Assembly: GCF_006345805.1 (NCBI RefSeq)
Contig: NC_043000.1
Location: forward strand, 66,588,001-66,652,000
From: Octopus sinensis
Lineage: Eukaryota
DNA length: 64,000 nucleotides
Direction: 5' to 3'
The first letter of the stretch is position 1, and each line of letters opens with the position of its first letter. This document shows, piece after piece, positions 13,706 to 25,056 of this stretch. The position numbers and the translations under genes were made by a program. A model generated the notes under the pieces. The model ran no database searches. It was not told the DNA's origin and saw only the letters and a program-made list of their open reading frames with translations.

Positions 13706-14519
13706 TGAACTTGGGTCATCAATAATTCATTGATGACCACAATACTTTAAGGTGTATGCAATTTCATTACATTTTACAATAATCTTCCAACTATTGGTGT
13801 GTGATACACCAGTAGTTATCCTCAAAATAATCTCCTTATCACCAAAATAATCCCATTATTGGTGTTCCATACACCAATAAATGGGTTATTTGCAATGAAG
13901 ACAGCAGTATCTGTGAGTTGCATCATTGTGACCATGTATTATTTCCACATCATTGAGCTAATGATGGAGCACAAGCTGTTAAGGGAGTCTCTAAGTGGGT
14001 ATCAACTTACCAAAAATAGCAGATTACACTATGGCTATGAAAAACAAAGAATTCTATTGCATTAGCAAGGCCTGGGAGATGGATAAGATGGTCAGGACCA
14101 GAATACCTCAGTTCATAGGTTTGCTCTGTTAGAGCTGATCCTGGACTAAACTGCTACAAAAGCAGCAAACTGAGCTGTGTTCAATAACACACCTAAAACA
14201 AAGCAATTATGAAATTTAAAAATGAAAAAGAAATTTTATGATTAAATTCCATTATGTTTCTATAAATAATTTTGGTGTATATCTTTATGGTTGCCTTGTA
14301 ATAATGTAGCATTCATTTTTATAATGTTTCAACAATCAATGTTGTTATATTTTTTATAAAAGTATTACTTTGTGCAGTATTACAATATTGACTATTGGAA
14401 TATAGAATTTTCATTTGCTTCTCTTGCATACACAGAATATTTTCATTTGGAAACATCCATTGAAATAGCATAAATTTTATTTCAGTTGGTCATGTAATTC
14501 ATATGAATGAAGACAGTTG

Positions 14520-14973
14520 CATCAAAAGGTGCTGATCTCTACTTGTAGAGGGAACATGTGGAAAGGGTAGACTCAGGAAGACATGGGATGAAGTGGTGAG
14601 AAAGGATCTACAAATGTTGGGACTCACAGAGGGGATGACAGGGGACTGAAACCCCTGGTGGTTTGCTATGCTTGAAAAGACATGTTAAGCTAAATAAGAG
14701 TGTGGTTGCCCTTGCATACAAACTTGTCCCCTGCAACTCTCTCCAGCTGAGCATCCATAATCTTGCGGGCTCACAGGAGCTGGTGCCATATAAAAAGTAT
14801 CAGTGCTGGTGCTGTGTAAAAGCATCCAGTACACTCTGTAAACTGGTTGGCATTAGGAAGGGCATCCAGCCATAGAACCCATGCCAAAACAGACAGGTAG
14901 CCTCAACAGCCCTTCAGCTGGTCAGCTCCTGTGAAACCATCCAACCCATGCCAGCAAGGAAAACAGATGTTAA
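14520..14973 (+). mobile_element. RTE LINE 3' fragment; its (GAT)n tail resumes at 16464
   Basis: VEGTCGKGRLRKTWDEVV-type C-terminus, 3'UTR 'ccaacccatgccagca.ggaaaacagatgttaa'. Confidence 0.8.
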
Positions 14974-16459
14974 CCCTTTCATTACCAAGCCGCCCAAAAC
15001 CGTCCGTAATTACCTATTCATATTTAAATGAGAATATCATTAAAAATCTCGTTAGTACATTCGTGAAAACACGTGATTATACTTCGTAAACAGTTCATCT
15101 ACAGTTTTGTACAACGATCGACGTGTAATTTTAATTCCCTGAATTTTGGGAGATTTTTTTCCACATTTTTTTCGACATCGATTTTTCTTCAACTTTGAAA
15201 TGGATAGGAGTTTCATGTTATCAAGCATTGATTACGAATTTAAAGCTTTTTCAACGGAAAATAGAGAGATATCGAGAAAAAGAATGAATGAGGTTCAAAA
15301 GCACGTGGTGTACAAAATAATGAATAGGATATTTTTTTATCCGAAACCGAAAAGCAGCGATTTCGAAGAAACAAATCCGCGATGGTGACAGCAAAGACGA
15401 TTTTACATCGGAATGAAGTAAAAAACTTTTAAAATGTTTTTATTAGCAATTTTTCTGAGGAGATAGTTTATCTATATTCTTTCTTAGGAAGCAAAACCGT
15501 TAGACTTTGTTTTTTCTGTATGCTTGTTTGGAGCGATCACTGTGGAAGCAAACTGTTTCGCAGAATGTAAACAAACACAAAATGAGGGATCAAAGTTCGG
15601 AAAATTTGTGAAGTAAATACTGGGCACTGTTGTGGATTTAGTTTTTATACAGGGAAACTAATGTTAGTCAGCATGGCTTAGGGTATGATGGGGTCTGGAA
15701 GTTATTGTTTGAAGCGATCAATGCGGAAACAAATTTACGCAGATTGTAAACAATCACAAAATGGGGGATCAAATTTCGGAAAATTTGTGAAATAAATACT
15801 GGGTACTGTGTGGATTTAGTTTTTATACAGGGAAAATAATGTTAGTCAGCATGGCCTAGGGAACGATGTGGTCTGGAATTTATCACTTCCATACCATAAC
15901 CAGGGCCGTATATTATTTTTTGACCTATTTCTTTAGTTTGGTCAAACTTGCGGTGGATTCCAGTATTTCACTTTATTCCACCTTTATGGTACACCTGTTG
16001 TGCATTAAATTCAACTGATGTGCACAATTCTTCTTTATCAAAATTTTGTTGCATACCCATTTGAATATTAGCTGATGATTCATTTTCTATGGTGATATTT
16101 AAACAAAATTTTAATATTTTTACCTTTTGCTCAATTTAAAATTTAAAAATTTTTGCCTTTTGCTCAATTTAAAATTTTAATATTTTTACCTTTTGCTCAA
16201 TTTAAAATTTTAATATTTTTACCTTTTGCTCAATTTACCTGGATTTACCTGCAATTAAAGTCACTTTGAGACAAAAGTTATGCAATAGAATTGATTAAGA
16301 ACCCTTTCTTTAATTATGTTCCAAATATCACATTAATATGTTGATAAATAAAAAAAGTTACAGTTACTTAATGAAACAAGCCTAAATTCATGATTATTTT
16401 AGAATTTAATTGAAACTCATGAGGGGTGTATTTTGGTCAGAAATATAGTAACGAAAGGG
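14974..16459. mobile_element. Non-autonomous piggyBac-type element, 1486 bp
   Basis: TTAA|CCCTTTCATTAC...GTAACGAAAGGG|TTAA; internal ~178-bp tandem duplication (15525-15880) and ~33-bp minisatellite (16105-16236); no transposase. Confidence 0.88.
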
Positions 16460-16548
16460 TTAAATGATGATGATGATGATGATAATGGTTCATTTGATTT
16501 CATAGAATTATTTCTTCATAAATTTTACTTGATGTTTTTTTAAAATAG

Positions 16549-16895
16549 GTGAATCGACCAACCAGGCAGCAAATAATGATGAAACTGCTATGACTAAAAA
16601 TGCGGATTCATCAGAAACAAGTCCTGCTGCAGATCTTGAAAAAGCAACTGCTCAGAAAAACAAAGCTGAAATTTCTTCACACCCTTCTGAGGAGGTATCC
16701 TTATCCGCTCAAACGCCTGTTGCCACTTGTTCTGAATCTAGCAATGCATGTGAAGCCTCTCAACACATTGAAACTTCTGATAAAGAAAACTTTAGTGAAA
16801 CAGAACATTCAAATAATGTGGAAAGCACTTCATCTGGTTGTAATAATGTAGCAGAAGAAGTCAGACAGGTTGAAACAACTGCATTGGTATCTTAA
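16549..16895 (+). CDS. TXLNA: Taxilin terminal coding exon (acidic S/E/T-rich tail)
   Basis: ttttttaaaatag|GT GAA TCG..., phase 1, in frame with ORF 16590..16895 ending TAA; followed by AT-rich putative 3'UTR. Confidence 0.8.
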
Positions 16896-18655
16896 TAATT
16901 AAAGATCACTGGCAAACTTCTATGTTTGTAGCACGTTTAGTGAACAGCACAACCTTTTTTTAACTGATTTTAAATCTCATTTCAGAAAAAAAATCTTAAT
17001 TTTTTTTTAAGAATCTCAGTCTCTTGTTTGCATTAGATTGGCCTTTTAAATCCCCTTTTCTGTTGGTTTATTCTCTTTTATTTGAACTAAATTATAATAA
17101 CAAACATTCTCAAAATATTAGTATTGCTATACCAGATATAAAATCAGAACTTGCCCTACCTCATCTGATGGAACAATCTAATTTAGCTGAATAGGAAGAA
17201 AAAGAAGAAAGCCTTCAATTTTCGTTTTAAAATCTTTCTGCTCTATATATTGTTTAACCATAACCATCTTTCTGGACTGAATAAAATTAATTTTCGAAAT
17301 AGCAGATATGAAAACCTGTTTGCTGTATAATTAAGAAAGAACTTAATCTTTTCTCTTTAAGATAGAAATAACATTAACTTAATAAGAAAAGATAGAATAC
17401 ATTCTAAAGTTTTGTATATTTTTATGATCATCATGATGTTTCAGATGAATAAAAGTATATTAATTGTTCCTACTCTTTTGATACTAACTTGCCTGAAACC
17501 ATCTCTGGTTCTTTATTACAAAACTGCCAAATTTAATTAAAACCTTCCAGCATAATAATGAAAAATGTTAGTCATTTTACTAACCAAATTCTTGATTGTT
17601 TTAAAATTTAATTGCAACTGTGTATTTCAGAAATATTGCTATGAAAGGTTTTAACTAAGTCTTATGATTATTTTAAAAACTGTTTATCTTTTAAAGACTG
17701 AAGCAATACGTGAACCACTTACTTTTATATATAATCAAACTATTTTAATTCCTCACAATTAGCTCCAACACTTTTCTTCCCTATCCCTTTTGATAAGAGA
17801 TGTTCGCATAAAGATTTTTGTTTTTATTATATTTGAAATATAACAAAGAATTTCTTTGTTGTCTTATTTTGAGCATGGGAATTTGTTTTCATGCAATATA
17901 TCTTCAAAGATTGGATGGTTTTAACATCCAAGCTAAAAAATTTTTTTCTAGTTTAAAAATATGCCTCATTTGTGACCTAAGGAGTCTATTTCAAACTGTC
18001 TCTGCCTTCTAAAAGTAATTTTTAAAAAAATTTTAAATTTGTTTCTTTTATGTTATTATAGAAGCATGAAAGAAGTTTTGGCTGACTTAAAATTTAAATA
18101 ATTTCAATTAGTTTGCTGATAACAAAAAATCAGCCTCTGGCTTTGTACCTATTTTTATATAATAATGCTTTCAATAAATTTATTTATTTATTGTAATATT
18201 TTGCTTATATTTCTTATATCCTTCCATTAATGAAACTGCCAGGTTTATTTCTGAACTTTGTTTTGTTTTTTTCTTTGTAGAATCTCTTGCTAACATAATT
18301 TCCATGCAACAAATGCATAATATATGAATGTGTTGATGTTTGTATTTATGTGTGTGACTTTTTTGAAAAAAAAATGATTGCTAGTGTATAAATCTCCAAC
18401 ATCAGAAAGTTAAGGTTTATATATGACATTGGATTCTTTATATTATTGACATTGAATTATTACATTGGATATTTGTTGCTTGTTTCATTTTTCATGTTGA
18501 TCTCTTAAGATTTACTCTAGTGTCTTAGGAGATAATGAACAGAAACCAAGGAATAACAGTTAAACAAACCCTGTGATATTTATACAGTCCAAGGCTAGTT
18601 ATGTATTCTATTACTCATTTAATATGGGAATCCATGTACCAAATGAATAAACAAT
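16896..18655 (+). other. Putative taxilin 3'UTR with several AATAAA signals
   Basis: AATAAA near 17280, 17448, 18173, 18646; true end unknown. Confidence 0.4.
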
Positions 18656-20799
18656 GGAAATATTTAAGTCTCTTCTAATATGTTTTGTTTATTTATTAAT
18701 GCTTTTTTTTACTAAATTAGATTAAAAATAGAGCATTTTTATTAGTGTTAAAAACTGAATTTTGGTTGGTGTGTTCCATAGTTATTTTCATGTAACTGAT
18801 AGTGTATGTTGTTGTCGTTTAATCTCAGGTCAGTTCTAATTAAGCAGACCTATAACCAATCCTATTTTGACCATCTTGTCTTTTTGTATATTCATGAATA
18901 TATTATCCAATGTGTTCTCATTTGAAGGTGGTTGGGCATGATTTGAGCAAGATTTGGCCACTATTTCTAGCAGGTTCAACCACTGCACTTAAGCTTCTCA
19001 CATTTGGCTTATTAGATTATATCTTTCTATATTGCTACAACTTTTCAGTTGTCTTCATTCTGCCTTAGATTTTGCACACAGCAAAACTTCTTCATTTCCT
19101 TATTTTGCTCTTGGTTAGAGATTGCAGTATACTCTTATATTGACTTTTACCTCTGATAAGCCTCTTTTTAACTAATCGTAAGCCAGTTTCTTTTTTTAAG
19201 TCAACGCCCAAACACACAGCAGTATAGATAATTATCTGTGAGAATTTGAAGAAACTAGGTATTAGTTTGTTTTGAGTAAATGTTTTAGGTTTGGCTATGT
19301 TTCATAAGCACATTTGTCTTAATTGCAGTACTAGAAGCTATGTACATAAGTGATAAGGTGTAGGGAGGTTTAAGCATGTGATTTGGTTCTCTTTGCAGAA
19401 TAAATTCAGAGTTTATTGGAAAAGTTTAAAATATGGTGCTGAGACTGATTGAACATATAGAAAACTAATTAAACTGATAGTTAACAGAAGAGATGTAAAT
19501 GATTCTGTTGTGTAAAGGGGAAGTGACTTCATTGGTTGCAAGAGGAGTGAATAAATAAGGAATACAATTGGTGCATTAGAATCTAATGAAATATCAAATA
19601 CTCTTATAAGGTTTCTACCTTATACCCCTGTGATACTAAGCTGTCCAAGATTGCCATTGGTTCTGCAATACAAATTTCCTGCTTAAAAGTGTTCTTAGTT
19701 GAAACCGTCCATCAAAATTTATGTACCAAACATTGGCTTAATTTTCAAATTAAATTGAAACAAAAGCAGTGTATCTCAACAAAAATACAGTAACAAAAGG
19801 GTTGATGTACAAGATAGCTTAACTGGAAAACAGGAAACTTATATGACTTAACTAGGCCTTAAATTCTTGCAATAATACCAGCAATGGGAAGAAGTTGAGA
19901 ACAGAACCACTCTTTACAGATTACATTTGTTTAACTGCAAGTTAATTCTGATCAAGCATACTGGGATAAAGTTTGACTAACTCAGACACAGTATCCTTTG
20001 AATTTTTTTTTTTTTTGGAGTGGCGTAGTATGAAAGGAATTTATTTGCTACTTCTAGTTGACTGAGTGACTTCATGGAAACTGCCTTGTTGGCTCATATT
20101 TTATCCTGATGCAAGTGCTACTGTAATTTAAGCATAACAGTTGAAGACTTACATTATCTGAATATTATATGCTGTGAAATTTGAAAGTCAGTAATCCATA
20201 AATGGTGGCATAAAATTGCTTGAAATAAGTAACTATGAAAAAGATAAAAACACAAGTTGTACTTTGGCTTGCATGATGATTTTTTCCAAGAACAATCTCT
20301 GGCATTGTATAAGTTGAGTAACATATCACTTATAATTCACTGGTTGAAGATTCTGTATTCTATTTTCTGTTGCTCTTGCAAAATTAGAACTTAAGAGAGA
20401 GATAGAGAGAGAGTTCATAGACTGACCTTCACTAAAAATATAATGAAGAACTGAAATGGAATGAGAAATAGAGCTGAAGTCATTAATAATTAAAAAAAGG
20501 AATCCTCAATTGTATTATGAAATTCTTATTGTAAGATTCTGACTGACTGATTAATAGTTGCTAAAAGTCTTTGAACTGTGACAATTTGCGTTTGGATACA
20601 ACAAAATATTAATGACAATTTTAGGTCACTACCACTTATTCTGGGGATGTCATTACTGGTAATGTGTATTTGAAAATGCTTTGAAATAAATTGCTTCTTT
20701 CTACTATAGGTACAAGGCTTAAATTTTGGGTGAGGGAATTTGAGTTCCTCAAATGGCTTGTCCTTATTATTGTAATGGTAATTCTGTGTTAGCATTGAG

Positions 20800-21500
20800 T
20801 CTCATAATCTTGTTTTTTGCCTCTGAATGTTCAGGCTAACTTGTGCTGACATTGCGATGAGAGGAATTTTCTGCATCTGATGCAAGCAGTACAAGGCCAT
20901 CCACGTAATCAAGATCTTCAAGCATGGTCCACTGAATTCATATCTTTCTGTCTACTACAATAATTCTCATTATCCAATTGATTGCCAAAAAAACAACAAA
21001 GGCTGGTTTTCACTGAAATTTCTTGTTAATCTTCCATCATAGAATCCCACAGGATATTCCCTCTCGTGGTTTCTGTACACATTTCTGTGAGATACTCTGG
21101 TGCTCTACCCATTAGTCACAGTAGACACTATCAAACTTCTTTTCATAAGTCTGAAATTTAAATACAGAAGAGATAATCAAACTATAGACTGATCGACCAT
21201 AGTTCTCAAAGAAGCTATCTAATCCGCACATGACACGTTCTGACGAAATTCTGCTTGCTCTTCCCGTAGACGGGCATTTAGTACTTTTTCGAGTCTTTCC
21301 AGAATAACCCAGTGGAGATCATTCCTGGGACTGACAACCAGCCTACAGTAGTTTTGTATTTGCTAACATCTTTGGGAACTTCACACAGTAGCTTTCTGTC
21401 TAGTTGGTGGAGAATTCCTTCTTGCGCCAAATCTTCTGAAAGGGCAATTATAGCATCTGCATTGTAACCATAGGGTTGATCTCGGGACCCTCTGTCGAGA
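20800..21500 (-). mobile_element. Heavily decayed RTE-like RT fragment
   Basis: LEDLDYVDGLVLL (YADD-equivalent) at ~20885-20922. Confidence 0.5.
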
Positions 21501-21779
21501 TATCGTATAGTAAGACATGGCTTATTGTGTAGACTGCTGCAATCATTAATATTTGTGTCTGCGTGTATCTCTAAATAGCATTGTATCTGGGTAAATATAA
21601 AATGATTATATATTTTTTATTAGTGGAGGAGAATCTAATTGACTTGATCCTAGCATGTCGCTGCTGTGTTTTTTATTGATTAATTGAACTCAAGTAGGAT
21701 TTGAATAATTCAGAAATACGAAACACCAACGAAGATTATATCATAAAACATTAAGCTTGTTTTTATTTTCTTTACTCTG

Positions 21780-22690
21780 GACAATATCTCTGAATTTGCT
21801 AGTTATCGACCTATCGCTCTTACTTCCAGCATTTCAAAGGTCATTGAAACAATTGCTAACAGTTACCTTCTCAGGCCAGATGTACTAGAGATCTACTCTC
21901 ATATGTCACTCACCAGTAGTCTTTTTCTTGAAAAATTTATTGATGCGATTGCTCTTAACAACAGCAAGCCATGTTGGGTCAAGCATGATAATTTCTTGGT
22001 TTAACGGTGTACTTATGGGCACCACTCGTTTCTCTAGTTTTATATTGGAGGTTGTACGCAGTGATACAGTGCTCTCTTTGATCGAATCAACCTTGGTGTG
22101 CTGCAAGGTTCGGTTATATCTCAGCCACTCTTTCTGCACATTTACAACCTACTTGCTATCACCAAACAAGGCTCGTTCCTCCTTTGCAGATGAAATCAGT
22201 TTCTCCCTTTTCTTTCGCACACGGACGTCATCCACATGCAGTTATATACCTCACATAAACCTGCATTTCCTCCATGACCAAAGTCCTAGAAACCTCTCAC
22301 CACAGGGGACCTGCCAATTTTATATCTTTCAACAACACAGCACATATCAAAGGAAATATTTTTGTACTCAATATTCTTCACTCTTGGGCAACGTTCAATT
22401 ATAACACTCAACATTTGCTAGAACTCACTCACATTTACAACATAGCAAAAACTGCTTCCCAAAGATTGGGTTTCTTCTTCTGACCTAGATAATATTTCAT
22501 CTTTGAACACGTGTTTATACTTTATAAAACACAACTAGTGCTCACAACCGTGATATTATTGCAACACACACACACACACACCCTAGAGAGTATACGAAAG
22601 AAATCAATCCGCCCGTTTGGCAGATTAGTCCACCCGTTTGACTGCTCCACACGCTTCCATTCTATCCCACTGATGTGAAATTTCTCCATA
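21780..22690 (+). mobile_element. Decayed CR1/L2-group LINE fragments
   Basis: SYRPIALTSSISKVIETI at ~21801-21855, FADE motif ~22184, HIYNIAKTASQRLGFF. Confidence 0.6.
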
Positions 22691-22857
22691 TTGTCTTTTC
22701 TACCTCTACTATAACGACACTTGGGCCCAAGTTAACTTGCTGCATACCAAGTTCATTACTATATTCATCTCTTGTCATCAGTGTTCCCTCTAATTTGTCT
22801 GTAATGGGTGTGTGCAGAAGTTTGCTTGGGTGGAAATGTTGTCTTTCTTTGCAAAGT

Positions 22858-23640
22858 ATCAGGTGCATTCCAGAGGTTTTGAAACTTTTTCAGAAGACAT
22901 TTATTAATTTCAAAGAAGTACAAAACTAATTTCCTTCAAAGTAGATCCTCTGATCTCAATTGTAGTGATCAGGCCACTTCGTGAAGGCTCCACAAAAGTC
23001 CTCTAAAGTGAACGTGTTCTGGTCCATTGTCACAGCCTCTCCCATCTTCAGCTTCAACCAAAAGTCACAGGTATCAAACCGTGGATTGTAGGTACAATTT
23101 TAATGTCTGGTGCAGGCACTCTGGTTTTTTGCGATGAAATCTTTTCCTGAACTCCTTTAAAATCCCCACAAAGTTCTCTTTGTTGACTGACTGGCCAGAG
23201 GCAACCAAGTGGATGTAGATGATGCCCTTGCTGTCGAAAAAGGGGATCATATGAACTTCCCGGTGGGCTTGCTTTGTCTAGACTCTTGTGCCTGCGAAAG
23301 ACAAATGCTCGGCTCATACAGGTTAATCCATAAGCAGTATGAAGTGTTTCATATGTTTCTATAGCGTTTTTTGCCTAGTTTAACTAAAAAGTTTATTGCA
23401 TAGCAAGTTTCCAAATTGTCTTCACGTTTCAACTGCATTCTACAAACTAGTCAGCTCGACAAGCAGTGTTTAGTAGGGTGTGTTCGAAGTGCTGTTACAG
23501 TCGCCTCTTTCAGTCTGAAATACCAAAATTCGACAGGCCAGCTTATTAGATGTATAATAAAGATAAACTAAAATTACAATGATCTAGGACAGTTATAACT
23601 TCAAAAAATGTCTGAAGACTGCTGGTATTCACCTCTTATA
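22858..23640 (-). mobile_element. Internally deleted mariner remnant
   Basis: C-terminal 'DFCGAFTKW...YFEG' near 22930-23005; degenerate TIRs at both ends. Confidence 0.55.
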
Positions 23641-24290
23641 TGTGTAAATATGTAAGTTACCATCACTCAAATGCTATATTAACCAATTAAGAGTTTAATG
23701 TACAGTAGAAACGTTTGATCACTATAAACAAATCATTTGTGCAGGTTATCCATCAAGAAATTGTAGAGTCATCTTTCTTGGACTGCGAGAGGCTACCATC
23801 ATCATAGGAGTTCACTTAGAAAACTTCACTCCTTAATTCTGATTCCAAACTATTTTTATTTCGTCTATAGGTAGGATTACCATAATTTCCAGAAGTGAAA
23901 CGTGGAACAATTGGAGTTGAAGCCAGGACCATGGGAGTTGATTCCAGGTGCAAAGGAAATTGAAATTGGGACCAATGGAATATCACACATGTTTTTAAGA
24001 GTCGCAACGTGTGAATTGAGTATTAAGGGTGAATTAGTCTCCTCTTCTCACAAGTCAGAGGATCTAGGGATTTCTTTTTACTGCAAATATATTTACATAT
24101 TTGCATGTTTTTTTCTGAATATGAAGGCAGTTCCTAGCAAGTGTTGAAAGGATATGTGAGACAGTAAGATGTACGATTTATCTTTATCACTTAAAAGATT
24201 GAGAATCTGGCCGAGGGATAGAAAAAGGTGAACAGAAACATGTACGAAGCAGCTATTATTTACATGGCAGCACATGCACTTAAAATATTA

Positions 24291-24461
24291 GTTTCAAGTT
24301 TTGGCACCAGGCCAGCAGTTTCGTGAGAGGAGTAAGTCGATTACATTTACTCCCAGTGCCCAACTGGTACTCATTTTATCGATCACGAAAGGCAAAGTCG
24401 AGCTCGACGAATTTGAACTCAGTATGTAGAGACAGACGAAATGCTGCTCAGCTAACGTTTC
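24291..24461 (-). mobile_element. SINE family 1 host copy: body + tail A (head displaced to 30178-30240)
   Basis: Tail A 'ctggcctggtgccaaaacttgaaac'; outer TSD 24272-24290 vs 30241-30259 (17/19). Confidence 0.8.
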
Positions 24462-24646
24462 TTATTTCTTTACTGCCCACAAGGGGCTACACACATAGGG
24501 GGCAAACAAGGACAGACAAACAGATTAAGTCGATTATATCGACCCCAGTGCGCAACTGGTACTTATTTAATCGAACCCGAAAGGACGAAAGGCAAAGTCG
24601 ACCTCAGCGGTATTTGAACTCAGAACGTAACAACAGACGAAATACC
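24462..24646 (-). mobile_element. SINE family 1, tail type B, nested
   Basis: Starts GGTATTTCGTCTG; ends 'ccccttgtgggcagtaaagaaataa', directly followed by head sequence GAAACGTTAGC. Confidence 0.85.
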
Positions 24647-24820
24647 TATTTCTTTACTACCCACAAGGGGCTAAACACAGCGAGGACAGACAAACGGATT
24701 AAGTCGATTACATCGACCCCAGTGCGTAACTGGTACTTAATTTATCGACCCCGAAAGGATGAAAGGCAAAGTCGACCTTGGCGAAATTTGAGCTCAGAGC
24801 GTAACAGCAGACGAAATACG
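24647..24820 (-). mobile_element. SINE family 1, tail type B, nested
   Basis: Starts CGTATTTCGTCTG; ends 'ccccttgtgggtagtaaagaaata', directly followed by GGTATTTCGTCTG. Confidence 0.85.
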
Positions 24821-25056
24821 AATTTCTTTATTGCCCACCGGGGGCCAAACATAGATATGGACAGTACAACTGATGAGATCAGTGAATCGATATGATTTTA
24901 CATAAATGTGACATCAAAAATAAAATACAATACATAAAAATCGAATGGAATACACAGTACAAAAACAATACAAATGAAGCGATGATCAAGTTACGCTCCG
25001 ATCCCACAAGCCCCGATCTACCGCTGATACCTTTTTTTTTTTTTTTTCTCGTCTAT

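Noticed and set aside
23816-24147. Possible exon of a second gene
   Set aside because: No convincing splice pair or motif; may be a decayed LINE fragment
24291-24820. Regularly spaced repeats resembling a CRISPR array
   Set aside because: Whole ~180-bp units are homologous SINEs; no unique spacers, no cas genes, eukaryotic context
24323-24895. 190-aa ORF with internal repeats
   Set aside because: Antisense read-through of the nested SINE array; no protein motif
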